Below, piece by piece: positions 9,486-18,930 of a DNA stretch of 64,000 nt. The stretch comes from Kiritimatiellia bacterium (GTDB lineage: Bacteria > Verrucomicrobiota > Kiritimatiellia > CAIKKV01), in assembly GCA_046484345.1 (NCBI GenBank), contig JAWOJA010000007.1, positions 11,206 to 75,205 on the forward strand. The letters are read 5' to 3'. Positions within the stretch are counted from its first letter, which is position 1, and each line of letters begins with the position of its first letter. The notes under the pieces were generated by a model that worked only from the letters and a program-made list of their open reading frames with translations, searched no databases and had not been told where the DNA came from. The position numbers and the translations under genes were made by a program.

Positions 9486-10631
9486 TCAGGCGCCGGCTGC
9501 CGCCCCGTCGGCCAGCGCGGCATTCAGACGCGCCAGCTGATCGACGGGCGCTTCGGCGAGCGCTCCATCCGGGGAGATGTTGGCGCCGAACGTGACAGGC
9601 GCCTGATTTTGGCGGCAGAGGCGCGCGTAATTCAAAAGATCCCCGTCGGAGAAGCGCGGCGGGTCGCCCAGGTCCACCCAGCCGTGCCACTGCAGCCCCC
9701 CGTCCGGCAGGAAGCGCCCCGTCGGCGGAGCGCTCAGGTCCGGCAGCTCGCCCGCCCAATAGTCCTGGTGATGCGTGTATAAGGAGGTCTCGGCCAGGCC
9801 GGCATGGTACGCCACCAGCCGCTCCCCGTAGCCGGCTTTCGCGGCGGCGGTAAAACGGTCCCACGGGAATTGAAAACCGGCCATGTCGGTCGACACGGCG
9901 TTGTGCGGGCCGGCGGGATCAAGCGCATCGGCGCCGTCAAACCACCAGGCCCGGATCATGCTCCCATAGCGTTCGCCCAGCTCCTGCACGAGGGCGCACA
10001 GGTTGTTGACCAGCCGGGTCTTGTCGGGATCGTGATAACCCGCGGCTTGTTCCCAGGACGGGTCGGCCTGGTTGCAGCAATAATGGTAACGGACAACCAG
10101 GGGCTTGCCCAGATCGGCCAGGCCGCGGCCCAGTTCCCCCAGCAGGTCGCGCCGGGCCGTGCGGCCGGGCAGGATGGCATCCAGCGCGGCACAGGGGCAG
10201 GGGAGCACCTGGCGGACTTGCGTGAGCGGGAACAGGACGTAGTCCGCGCCGCTTCGCGCGACGCCGTCGAGGAAAGCATCGAGGCGGAAAGAGTCCACCG
10301 CTTCGGGCGTTGGAGCGGACCAGCGGACGCCAAGGCCGCAGGTGCAGGCCGCCAGCCATTTGGTGGACGCCCGGTGGTAGCGGTTGGCGGCTTCCGTTTC
10401 GGCGCGGCATTGCAGGAAAAGGGTCTCCACCTTTTTCCGGGCCCACGGGGTTTTTCTCAGGAAGGTCAGGCTGGACTTGATGCTCGGATCGATGGTGAAG
10501 CATTTGAGCCGCACGCGGGCGGCCACTTCCTCCCAGCCCAGCTGGTCGACCAGTTCGGTCAGCATCCTTTCAAGCGTGATGCCGTGGAGCGGATTTTTGG
10601 GCTGGGTCCGGATGGGGGCGGGATTATCCAA
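9486..10631 (-). CDS. Fusion protein: N-terminal VF530/DUF2132 putative DNA-binding domain plus C-terminal GH29 alpha-L-fucosidase-like domain
   Basis: N-terminal ~80 aa matches the VF530 family ([21 protein letters not shown]). C-terminal region has GH29-like motifs (WWFDGA..., FGANISPDG). The second-domain assignment is tentative. Confidence 0.5.
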   Translation of the reverse strand: MDNPAPIRTQPKNPLHGITLERMLTELVDQLGWEEVAARVRLKCFTIDPSIKSSLTFLRKTPWARKKVETLFLQCRAETEAANRYHRASTKWLAACTCGLGVRWSAPTPEAVDSFRLDAFLDGVARSGADYVLFPLTQVRQVLPCPCAALDAILPGRTARRDLLGELGRGLADLGKPLVVRYHYCCNQADPSWEQAAGYHDPDKTRLVNNLCALVQELGERYGSMIRAWWFDGADALDPAGPHNAVSTDMAGFQFPWDRFTAAAKAGYGERLVAYHAGLAETSLYTHHQDYWAGELPDLSAPPTGRFLPDGGLQWHGWVDLGDPPRFSDGDLLNYARLCRQNQAPVTFGANISPDGALAEAPVDQLARLNAALADGAAAGA

Positions 10632-10702
10632 GGGCGGGCTTGTCCTCTGGCGTATGTTTTATGTTCGCGACAGCGTGCATGTGAAATCCTATTTCCATGA
10701 GG

Positions 10703-11437
10703 TTACGGTTTATCGGGCGTGCGATCAATTCTGAAATGCCGCGTCAGGCCAAGCAGGGTGGCGCCCGCAAGCGTGATAAAGGCGAACCGGACAATGGTGG
10801 CCCCCAAATATTTGCCCAGCCCCCGGATGGCGGTGGGGAGCCCCCGCTGGATCAGAACACTGGCCAGGGCCAGCAGGGCGGCCAGGAAAAGGGCCGCCGC
10901 CAGGACGACGAGCGTCCGGCGCGGGAGGACCGGCCACTGCCGCCGGTGGCGCAGGGCGAGAAGTCCCAGGATGCCCAAGCCCAGAAGGCCGCTGCCATGC
11001 TGGAGGATTTTGAAAACCGGGAGGGCGTACCAGTGGCCGTCCCAGACCGTGGCGCTCAGGGCGGGGAGGCGCAGCACGGCAAAGCCGTACTCATGGGTGA
11101 AGGCGTCCCATATGATGTGCGTCACGGAACCCAAAAGAATGCCCAGCCCGATCCGTAAAAAATGGCGCGGCGGCACGAAAAGCCCGTTCGCCGGCAAGGA
11201 ACAGAACGACTGTGCGGCCGGCAGCCAGAGCCGGCAGAAGAACCACAGGAGCACGGCGCCCGCGGGCAGGCTGAAAAGGAAAAGGCCGGGCAGCGTGTGG
11301 CTGAAATCGCTTCGCGGGGCGAGATAGAGGAAATGTTCCAGGTCGGGCGCCATGCTTCCGGCGATCAGCGCGGCGAGCGGCAGCCCGATCTTTTTGAACG
11401 GCAGCACGGCAACAGGATGGGCGATGGTCAGGGGCAT
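10703..11437 (-). CDS. DUF4184-family membrane protein (putative membrane-bound metal-dependent hydrolase)
   Basis: N-terminus MPLTIAHPVAVLPF, multiple TM segments, HxxxD-type motifs. Confidence 0.55.
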   Translation of the reverse strand: MPLTIAHPVAVLPFKKIGLPLAALIAGSMAPDLEHFLYLAPRSDFSHTLPGLFLFSLPAGAVLLWFFCRLWLPAAQSFCSLPANGLFVPPRHFLRIGLGILLGSVTHIIWDAFTHEYGFAVLRLPALSATVWDGHWYALPVFKILQHGSGLLGLGILGLLALRHRRQWPVLPRRTLVVLAAALFLAALLALASVLIQRGLPTAIRGLGKYLGATIVRFAFITLAGATLLGLTRHFRIDRTPDKP

Positions 11438-11444
11438 GGTTTAG

Positions 11445-11909
11445 TCAAAAACGGTTCCGTCTCGGAAAGGGGACCAAGCGGTTTCGCCCCCGGCGTCGGA
11501 CGAGGGGATCGGCCGCCCGGGCGGCGGAGTTGAAAACATCGCCCTGGCGGTAGAGGCCCCGCGCGCCCAGATCGCGCGGCGTGCGCAGGGCCTCAGCGGC
11601 GGCTTCGTCGCGAACGCCGGAGATCGCCGGGTCGAATCCCTCGCGCGCGGTCCGGCGGGTGGCTTCGGCCGGTTCGCGGTGGCGCGCGTAGCGGCGGAAG
11701 GAGAGCGGCCCGGGGCCGTTGTCGTCGGCCGCGTCGAACCCCTCCATGGGCTGCACGGCGAAGCGGTTGGGGGCGGATCGGGACCCGATGGGGAGGGCTG
11801 TCCCCAGAATCGACAGATTGGCGGAAAGCGGCGGTTGAAGGCCCCGGCGGGTCAGCTCGGCGGTGAGTTCGCCGAGCGTGTGCAGGTGGAAACGGGCATG
11901 CGCGGACAT
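11445..11909 (-). CDS. Hypothetical protein (weak N-terminal resemblance to OYE-type flavin oxidoreductases; possibly a truncated remnant)
   Basis: Sits 8 nt upstream of the DUF4184 gene in operon-like spacing. Composition is Arg/Ala-rich; only weak motif NRFAVQPMEG. Confidence 0.35.
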   Translation of the reverse strand: MSAHARFHLHTLGELTAELTRRGLQPPLSANLSILGTALPIGSRSAPNRFAVQPMEGFDAADDNGPGPLSFRRYARHREPAEATRRTAREGFDPAISGVRDEAAAEALRTPRDLGARGLYRQGDVFNSAARAADPLVRRRGRNRLVPFPRRNRF

Positions 11910-11957
11910 ATAAAATCCTCAGCGGTGAAAGGCATTTCCGGTCAGCAGGGGGCTTCC

Positions 11958-12947
11958 TCAGTGAACAATGAAACGGCCGTCTTCATAACGCACGTCCGGT
12001 CCTTTGAGTTTGGAAAGGTCGGTCGGGTTGAGCTTCAGCAGGCGCGCGGGGTTGTCGAACCCGACCTGCCACAGCCCCTTTTCGTCGAGCAGATGGAGGC
12101 CCGCCAGGTGGTTCATGCACTCCAAAAGGGTGGAGTGGGAGCCGGCGAGGCTCTGGCTTGTTTCCGAATAGATTTTGCCGTTTTCGCCGACCACCACAGG
12201 AAGCCCGTTGAAGATGGTGTAGCGGCCGGGCGGCATTCCGGCGAGGCAGGAGGCGTCGCTGGTGACAATGAATCCATCGGGCGTCTTGGCCCGGAGCGCG
12301 ACTTTGATCAGGTCGTCGGGCAGGTGGTGCCCGTCGGTAATGAAGAGTCCGCTCGCCTCGTCGCAGGACAGTTGCCACCAGAGCGGGTTGTCGTGCCGGT
12401 GCATCAGGTTGGGACAGCCGTTGCCGACGTGGGTGCACAGGGAGGCGCCGGCCTGGACGGCGCGGGTCATTTCCTCGTCGGAGGCCAGGTGATGGCCTAT
12501 GGAGACCACGACGCCGGAGCCCGCCGCGTAGCGGATCAGCTCCTCCGCGCCCGGCAGTTCGGGCGCCAGGGTGAGGATGCGGATGCCTCCGCCCGCCCAT
12601 TCCTGGTATTGCCGGAAGGCCTGGACATTCGGCGTCTGGACGAACTTTTTTGAATGGGCGCCAACCGCGCCCGGTTCGGTGGAAATGAAGGGGCCCTCGA
12701 GGTGGATGCCGAGGATATGGGGCCCGACGAGGGGATCTTTCATGGCCTCGGCCAGCACGCGGAGGTTGTTTTTGTAAACCGCCGGATCGCCGGTGATGAC
12801 GGTGGGGCAGTAGGCGAGGGTGCCGCGGGCGATGAGGTCCAGGGTGGTGTTCCGGACCTGTTCGAGGGTGAGTCCGGCGCAGGTGAAGTCGATGCCCATC
12901 CACCCGTTGTTTTGAACGTCGATAAAACCTTTTCGAGTTGATTTCAT
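11958..12947 (-). CDS. N-acetylglucosamine-6-phosphate deacetylase-like amidohydrolase (NagA family, short N-terminus)
   Basis: GFIDVQNNG (E. coli NagA has GFIDVQLNG), HLEGPF, SIGHH, THVGNG, TDGHH and VTSDAS motifs are collinear with NagA. Confidence 0.7.
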   Translation of the reverse strand: MKSTRKGFIDVQNNGWMGIDFTCAGLTLEQVRNTTLDLIARGTLAYCPTVITGDPAVYKNNLRVLAEAMKDPLVGPHILGIHLEGPFISTEPGAVGAHSKKFVQTPNVQAFRQYQEWAGGGIRILTLAPELPGAEELIRYAAGSGVVVSIGHHLASDEEMTRAVQAGASLCTHVGNGCPNLMHRHDNPLWWQLSCDEASGLFITDGHHLPDDLIKVALRAKTPDGFIVTSDASCLAGMPPGRYTIFNGLPVVVGENGKIYSETSQSLAGSHSTLLECMNHLAGLHLLDEKGLWQVGFDNPARLLKLNPTDLSKLKGPDVRYEDGRFIVH

Positions 12948-13017
12948 AGCCTATGAGTATAGGAAATCGCAAAACGCTTGCGCAAGTTATTCGTTGGAAG
13001 CCCGTCGCACGCCCGGG

Positions 13018-13047
13018 TTGACAGGGGGAGGCGGCTTGCCGTAGTGT
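13018..13047 (+). promoter_or_regulatory. Sigma-70-like promoter TTGACA-N17/18-TAGTGT; predicts a leaderless or near-leaderless transcript for the 13054 ORF
   Basis: TTGACA at 13018-13023 and TAGTGT at 13042-13047. A 10-bp perfect palindrome CTTGCGCAAG lies at 12977-12986 in the divergent region. Confidence 0.4.
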
Positions 13048-13053
13048 GAGGGG

Positions 13054-13539
13054 ATGAAGTGCAAATGGATGGTTGTCATGTTTTTCGGGGCGCTGACGGG
13101 CTCCCTGGCGCAGGAAGCGGCGGACAGTCTGGCCCAGGTGCGGATCCGGGTGACCGACGACGCCGGAACGCCCGTGCCCAGCGCCCAGGTGGCGTTCAGC
13201 ACCTACAATACCTGGGTGCCGGCCAGCGAAGGCGTCGGGCGCGGCGAGTACGAAACGGTGGTGGGCCGGACGGACAGCAACGGCCTGGTTCGCCTGTCGC
13301 TCAAGACGCCCACCGGCAATTGCGGCTTCATGGCGCTGCCCTTGGCGGGCTACCATTGGGACAAAGGCCAGGAGTATGTTTTCACCAACGCCGTTTTGGG
13401 TCGCTGGGAGCCCTGGTCGCCTCTTGTTGAGATCGTGCTGAAGCGGCGGGACGCGGCGCCTGAGGGGTCGCCCAAGGAGGCCAAGCCCGCCGGGGCGGTC
13501 AAGGATTCGCGGTTCGAACGGCCCGATATGCCCCGGTGA
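13054..13539 (+). CDS. Secreted hypothetical protein (carboxypeptidase-regulatory-like beta-sandwich?)
   Basis: N-terminal signal peptide MKCKWMVVMFFGALTGSLA. No catalytic motifs. Confidence 0.45.
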   Translation: MKCKWMVVMFFGALTGSLAQEAADSLAQVRIRVTDDAGTPVPSAQVAFSTYNTWVPASEGVGRGEYETVVGRTDSNGLVRLSLKTPTGNCGFMALPLAGYHWDKGQEYVFTNAVLGRWEPWSPLVEIVLKRRDAAPEGSPKEAKPAGAVKDSRFERPDMPR

Positions 13540-13554
13540 GGGGGGCCCCGGGGG

Positions 13555-14502
13555 CTAGGTTTTTTTTCCCGATGGGCGGGCTGGGTTGACCTCCACCGTG
13601 ATGTGGTGAAGGCCGGGGATGGCGGCCAGTTTTTCTTTGTAGAAGGCGGCGGGCTTCGGGTCGTCGGTGACAATCGAGACGATGGCGGCGCCGGAATCGG
13701 GCCCCACTTTCCACACATGCAGGTCCGAGAGCCGGCAATCGCCGCCCAGCGCATGGCGGACGGCGGCGACACCTTTTTCATCGATCGCGGCGTCAAGAAG
13801 GATGGCGCCCGTGTCGTGAAGCAGACCGAAGGACCAGCGGCCGATCAGGAGCGCCCCGATAATCCCCATGACCGGATCCATCCAAACCATGCCGAAAAAT
13901 TTACCGGCCAGGAGCGCGAAGATGGCCAGCACGGAGGTGAGGGCGTCGGCCAGCACATGGATGTAGGCGGCCCGCAGGTTCGGATCGTGTTTGTGGTGGT
14001 GAGGGTCCCCCGGTCCGTGCCGGTGGCCGTGGCCGCTTTCGAGGATGAAAGCGCTGGCCACGTTGACCACCAGACCGATGAGGGCGACGAGGATGGCCTG
14101 GTCGAAGAGAATGGGGGCGTCTTCCAGGAGACGGTGGACGGATTCCGCGACCATGAGAAGCGCCACGATGCCCAGCGTGGTGGCGCTGGCAAAGCCGCCC
14201 AGCACGCCGACCTTGCCGGTGCCGAAGGTGAAGCGCGTGTTGACGGCATGGCGGCGGGCAAAGCGGTAGGCGAAGACCGCGATGGCGAGCGCCAGGACGT
14301 GCGTGCCCATGTGCCAGCCGTCCGCGAGTAGGGCCATGGAGCCGGAGCAGGTGCCGGCCGCCACTTCCACCACCATGGTGACGGCGGTGAGCCAGACCAC
14401 GATCAGCGTGCGGCTTTCGTGGGAGGGATCGACTTTGGCAAATTCGTGCGAATGGCTCCAGGGATCCGGCGCGGCAACGCTCTGGCTATCGTCTTTCTTC
14501 AT
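13555..14502 (-). CDS. Cation diffusion facilitator family metal efflux transporter (CzcD/ZitB-like)
   Basis: Six TM segments. CDF signature (HVLADALTSVLAIFALL). His-rich loop. C-terminal cytoplasmic domain. Confidence 0.85.
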   Translation of the reverse strand: MKKDDSQSVAAPDPWSHSHEFAKVDPSHESRTLIVVWLTAVTMVVEVAAGTCSGSMALLADGWHMGTHVLALAIAVFAYRFARRHAVNTRFTFGTGKVGVLGGFASATTLGIVALLMVAESVHRLLEDAPILFDQAILVALIGLVVNVASAFILESGHGHRHGPGDPHHHKHDPNLRAAYIHVLADALTSVLAIFALLAGKFFGMVWMDPVMGIIGALLIGRWSFGLLHDTGAILLDAAIDEKGVAAVRHALGGDCRLSDLHVWKVGPDSGAAIVSIVTDDPKPAAFYKEKLAAIPGLHHITVEVNPARPSGKKT

Positions 14503-14811
14503 GGCGGCCCATGCGGTTAATAGGGCTGACGGAGGCGCCCGAGGGCGCTTTGCCGGCGGGCGGCCGCAATCCCTTGATCGCGGCGCGGCAGGATGTCATC
14601 GGATTCTCCTTTAATTGGCGGAATAGTAGCAAAAGGAGCGGCAAAAGTCCCCTTTTCTTTCACGCGGGCCCGAACGTCCACGTTTTGTTTGATGGCGACA
14701 ATGTTTTTTTATTGAACAAACAGGAACATCCTTTAGAATTCTGCGTCCACAATGGGGAAGGTTTTCCCGGTCGGACTTTGGGTGCGGACAGACTCACATC
14801 GAAGGAGGGGT

Positions 14812-16470
14812 ATGAGGGCAGGGGCGTGCGTGTGGCTGGCGGCGGCGTGTGCGGTTCTGGGCGGTTCGGGGGGGGCGCAAGCCGCCGGGCCCGGCTTCCC
14901 GATCCGCGAGGTGCAAGTCGGGGGCGATGCGGCGGTGCTGGCCCGGGAGGGCCTGCTGGAGCCCTGGAAGGCGGAATTGACGGGGCGGACCCTTTCTTCG
15001 GAAGAGGTCCAGGAAAAGGCCCGCCAGCTTCGCGACCAACTGCGCGAACGGGGTTACTTCCTGGCGTCGGTGCGCACGCCGCCGGCCGATTATTCCGCCG
15101 GCGTGGTGCCGATCGAGGTGGATGCCGGGCGGTTCGGCACGCTGTCCATTTCGGGGCCGGGCGGCGCCCCCTTTGAGGGCCGCTGGTTCGACGAGGAGCA
15201 GCTGCGGTACCGTCTTTCCGGCATGGGCGAGGGGCTGTTCTTCCGTGAATCCGATTTTTACCGCCACGTGCTGGGCGTCAACACGCATCCCGATCTCGTT
15301 CTGGATCCCGTACTCAAGGTGCGCAAGGAAACGGAGGACGGGCTTGTCCGGCGCCATGTGGACATCCGGGCCGAGGTGACGGAAGCCCTGCCCCTGCACG
15401 CCATCCTGACGGTGGACAACACCGGCACCGAAGCGACCGGCGAATGGCGCGCCACGGCCCTGGTGCAGTACCTGAACCTGACCCGGCACGACGATATTCT
15501 CTCCGTCTGGCTGGGGCCGGTCTCGGAGGAATCGGGCTCCAGTCGCTCGGCCGCGGCCAGCTATCTGCGGCCGAACCGGATCGGCCGGGGGGGCGGCACG
15601 CTGCTCTATGGCGGTTATTCCGATGTGGAAGCGCAGGAGGTTGCGGACGTCTTCGCCTTCCGCGGCGAAGGTTGGTTTGTCGGTTTGCGCCAAGATTGGC
15701 GCCTGGCCGCCAACGAGGTGCGGGAAGTGGTGTTCAGCCTGGGCGCCTCCTGGCGCGGCCAGGAGGAGACGCTCTCCGTCGAACAGGATGATTTAGACCA
15801 TGATGGCGACACCCGCACGGTTTCCGTGATGCCGGTCAGCGTCGGACTGCAGGTCAATCCCATGCGGACGGACGCCTGGAACGGGCGGACTTTTCTGGAT
15901 GCCGAAATCGTCTGCGGTCCCGGGGGGCTCATGGGAAGCGAGGATGACATCGAGGAATTCAAGCCGGGCGCGGAGGCCACCTATGTCGTCGGGCGCTTGC
16001 GCCTGGCGCGGCTACAGCCGCTCGGAAATGCCCCGCGCGAACGGACCGGGGATCTCTGGATGCTCTTCGGCCGGGCGGAGCTGCAGGCCGCCAACGGGGC
16101 GCTTCTGGGCGCCGAGCAACTGGCGTTGGGCGGCATGGAAACCGTGCGCGGCTTTGCGGAGCGCGCGGTCATGGGCGATCAGGGCGGGGATGCGACGCTG
16201 GAGCTGCGCACGCCGCTGGCGGGCTCGTTCCTGCACGCCCAGGGCGTCCTGTTTGCCGATGCGGGCCATGCCATTTCCGAGGGCGAGGACGACCGGGACG
16301 CCATCACGCTGGCCGGAGCGGGTGCGGGAATTCGCCTGGCCATGGGGCCCTACTCGCAACTCCGCCTGGATTACGGCGTGCCGGTGAGCGGCAAGGAAGA
16401 GGTGGAGGAGGAAACCGGAACGACCGTCGACTCCGGCCGCCTGCATCTGCGCGCGACAATTCAATTTTAA
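14812..16470 (+). CDS. ShlB/FhaC/HecB-family outer-membrane secretion/activation protein (TpsB, two-partner secretion transporter)
   Basis: RBS GAAGGAGG before the ATG at 14812. Signal peptide, POTRA region, conserved GG(M)ETVRGF motif, and a C-terminal Phe. Confidence 0.8.
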   Translation: MRAGACVWLAAACAVLGGSGGAQAAGPGFPIREVQVGGDAAVLAREGLLEPWKAELTGRTLSSEEVQEKARQLRDQLRERGYFLASVRTPPADYSAGVVPIEVDAGRFGTLSISGPGGAPFEGRWFDEEQLRYRLSGMGEGLFFRESDFYRHVLGVNTHPDLVLDPVLKVRKETEDGLVRRHVDIRAEVTEALPLHAILTVDNTGTEATGEWRATALVQYLNLTRHDDILSVWLGPVSEESGSSRSAAASYLRPNRIGRGGGTLLYGGYSDVEAQEVADVFAFRGEGWFVGLRQDWRLAANEVREVVFSLGASWRGQEETLSVEQDDLDHDGDTRTVSVMPVSVGLQVNPMRTDAWNGRTFLDAEIVCGPGGLMGSEDDIEEFKPGAEATYVVGRLRLARLQPLGNAPRERTGDLWMLFGRAELQAANGALLGAEQLALGGMETVRGFAERAVMGDQGGDATLELRTPLAGSFLHAQGVLFADAGHAISEGEDDRDAITLAGAGAGIRLAMGPYSQLRLDYGVPVSGKEEVEEETGTTVDSGRLHLRATIQF

Positions 16471-16488
16471 TTCGAGGGGGACCAGAGC

Positions 16489-17094
16489 ATGAACCGAATC
16501 ATGGGTAAATGGGTTGGTGCGGGACTGATCGGCCTGGCGCTGAGCGCGGCGATGGCGGGCCCGCCGCCTCCGCCGCCGCCAAACGGCGGCACGATCAAAC
16601 CCCCGGATACGCTTCCGCCGGGAAAGATTTATTTCGAGGACAACGTGGTCATCGTGGGGCCCGGCTTCGTGAAGCCCGATTCCAACGGCGGCACGGTGTT
16701 CGTGGACCTGTCCAAGATTAATGCCGATACGCTCGATCCAAACGGGAAAAACAGCAAAACGTTCAACCAGGTGGTTCGGGAATTGAGCCAGGTCAAGGCG
16801 CAGGTCGAGGCCGAAGCCGTTGCCCTGCCCCGCGGATTGCTGGATCCGGTCTCGCTGCTGGCGGTCCTCAACGCGGATGACCTACCGGTGGGCGAGGGCA
16901 TTTTCGAAGACCCCGCGTTCCTGCACGAGGAGGCGGGCTCGCGGGATCTGTCGGCCTCGGATCGGACGGACCAGGCCCGTTCCGGCGGGGCGGCGGTTCA
17001 GGCCGCACCCGGCGCGCCCGCGCCGGCCCGCGCCAAAAAAGGGGGCCCCGGCGCTCCGGCGATTCCGTCATACTGGCAATTGCCCATCCGCTAG
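16489..17094 (+). CDS. Small secreted Pro/Gly/Ala-rich protein of unknown function (immediately downstream of TpsB)
   Basis: Signal peptide. PPPPPPP tract. Low-complexity C-terminus. Starts 18 nt after the TpsB stop, preceded by RBS GAGGGGGA. Confidence 0.5.
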   Translation: MNRIMGKWVGAGLIGLALSAAMAGPPPPPPPNGGTIKPPDTLPPGKIYFEDNVVIVGPGFVKPDSNGGTVFVDLSKINADTLDPNGKNSKTFNQVVRELSQVKAQVEAEAVALPRGLLDPVSLLAVLNADDLPVGEGIFEDPAFLHEEAGSRDLSASDRTDQARSGGAAVQAAPGAPAPARAKKGGPGAPAIPSYWQLPIR

Positions 17095-17142
17095 CCGTTG
17101 TGATAGGCTGTCCCCCTTGCCAACGGGACGGATGGAAAATTC

Positions 17143-18927
17143 ATGCGGGACGCCTTCAGCCAGTTTAAGTTTGCGGAACGGACCGACAAGGGCCGGGTCC
17201 GCGAAAACAATGAGGATGTGATACTCTGCCTCCCCGAGGCGGGGCTTTTCGCCATAGCCGACGGCATGGGCGGCGCCCGCGAGGGGGAGGTGGCCGCCCG
17301 CGCGGCCATCGAGCATCTGCGCGAATCGTGCGGCGATGCGGGCGTGCCCCTCTTGACCCGCTTCCGCCGCTGCCGCGACGCCGTCAATGACGCCAGCCTC
17401 TGGATCCGCCAATATGCGACCCGGCACGGCAATCCCGGCATGGGCACCACGCTGGTGGTGCTGTTGTTCGATTTGGACGATCCCGCCGCCGCCGCCGTCC
17501 TGCACGCGGGCGACAGCCGCCTGTACCGTTTCCGCAAGGGCGTGCTGGAGCAGATGACCCGCGATCATTCCGTGGCCGCCATGGCCGGGGTGGGCGAAGG
17601 CGGTCATTTGCCGCCCATGTTTCGGAGTGTGATCACCCGCTCCGTGGGCGCGCGCCGGAGCGTGGAATTGGACACCACCACACTCGACGTCCAGCGTGGC
17701 GATCTGTTCCTGCTTTGTTCCGACGGCCTTCCCAACATGGTGTCGCGGGATAAAATGGCCGCGATTCTGGGGGCCCCCCAAGACCTGGAAGGCCAGGCCG
17801 AGGCGTTGATCAAGGAGGCCCTTGACCAAGGCGGGGACGACAATATTTCGGTGGTGCTGGTCCGGGCCGAGGGGGCCCCCGACGGGGAGACCCCGGTCAC
17901 GGCCGATGCCGAACCGGTTCCCCTTCGGGATATGCCTTCGCCCGCCCATGACACGCCCCCGCGCCGGGTTTGGGGCCCCCTGGCCAGCCTGTTGGCGATT
18001 GCCCTGGCGGGCGTCGTGGCCGTCTGGTTCGCGTTCCTGCCCGCTTCCGACCCCCCGCCAACCGTTCCGGCTTCCGTTCCGGAGCCCGCCCCCGTTGAGC
18101 AACAGCCGCTGTCTTTGAGGCAGGCGGCTGTTGTTCCCAATATGGATACTAATGCCGTGCCGGGCCCCGCTGCCGTGGAGGCGGCCTGGCAGGCCGAGCT
18201 TGCCGAGGTGGCGGCCGAGCCCGACCGGCTCAATCACCGCCATGAGGCCGTCTTGCGCGCCTTTGCCCAGTTGTCGGGCTGGGCCGGCAAGCCGCTTCCG
18301 GCGCCCTCGCTGATGATCGCGGGGGAGCCCGGGGAACGGGCCGAGGCCTGGGGCCGCTATCTGAAAAATGCGCAGGATCAATGGCGGACGTTCGCCGGGA
18401 TCGAATGCGCCCGCCTGCGCGCCGAAGCGTCCTGCCTGTCGGCCGAAGCGCTGCAAGCCCTCTGGCGCTGGGATCGGGCGGGGGACGGGCCCGACCCCGC
18501 CGGATTAAACGAAATTGTGGCGGACTGGGAGGCCTGGCGCCGGGAATTGGACCGGATGGAGAAGTTTTTTAATGAGGAACAAGGGGTCGCGCCTTTTCTT
18601 TATGCGCTGCGGGCGGACCTCTTCACGCCGGGCGGCCTGGCCGCCGACCTGGGCGACAGGACGTGGAACGGCGTGCTGCCCGCCATCGGCGGCATGTGGC
18701 GCAAGCGGGAGTATTGGATCGGGCCAGCCGGGGAGGCGGACGTGGTGAAGGTGGATGAGGCGATCCGGCAGGCCAACGCCATCACCGGCGGCTACCGGGA
18801 CGCCGGCTACGCGGTTCGCCCCTGGCGGCAGACGATGGACCCGGCGGGCCTCGCCGCCTTTTTAGAGCTGATGCGGTCGGAGGCGATCGGCCGTGTTTTG
18901 AAGCGGCAGCCGGACGACCCACACTAG
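17143..18927 (+). CDS. PP2C-family Ser/Thr protein phosphatase with C-terminal TM segment and ~270-aa extracytoplasmic domain
   Basis: PP2C motifs (FAIADGMGG, GTTLVVL, CSDGL). TM helix LASLLAIALAGVVAVWFAF. Confidence 0.8.
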   Translation: MRDAFSQFKFAERTDKGRVRENNEDVILCLPEAGLFAIADGMGGAREGEVAARAAIEHLRESCGDAGVPLLTRFRRCRDAVNDASLWIRQYATRHGNPGMGTTLVVLLFDLDDPAAAAVLHAGDSRLYRFRKGVLEQMTRDHSVAAMAGVGEGGHLPPMFRSVITRSVGARRSVELDTTTLDVQRGDLFLLCSDGLPNMVSRDKMAAILGAPQDLEGQAEALIKEALDQGGDDNISVVLVRAEGAPDGETPVTADAEPVPLRDMPSPAHDTPPRRVWGPLASLLAIALAGVVAVWFAFLPASDPPPTVPASVPEPAPVEQQPLSLRQAAVVPNMDTNAVPGPAAVEAAWQAELAEVAAEPDRLNHRHEAVLRAFAQLSGWAGKPLPAPSLMIAGEPGERAEAWGRYLKNAQDQWRTFAGIECARLRAEASCLSAEALQALWRWDRAGDGPDPAGLNEIVADWEAWRRELDRMEKFFNEEQGVAPFLYALRADLFTPGGLAADLGDRTWNGVLPAIGGMWRKREYWIGPAGEADVVKVDEAIRQANAITGGYRDAGYAVRPWRQTMDPAGLAAFLELMRSEAIGRVLKRQPDDPH

Positions 18928-18930
18928 GGG

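Noticed and set aside
6983-9523. 846-aa minus-strand ORF
   Set aside because: Entirely antisense to hrpB, whose protein has clear helicase motifs. Low-complexity Arg/Gly/Pro composition.
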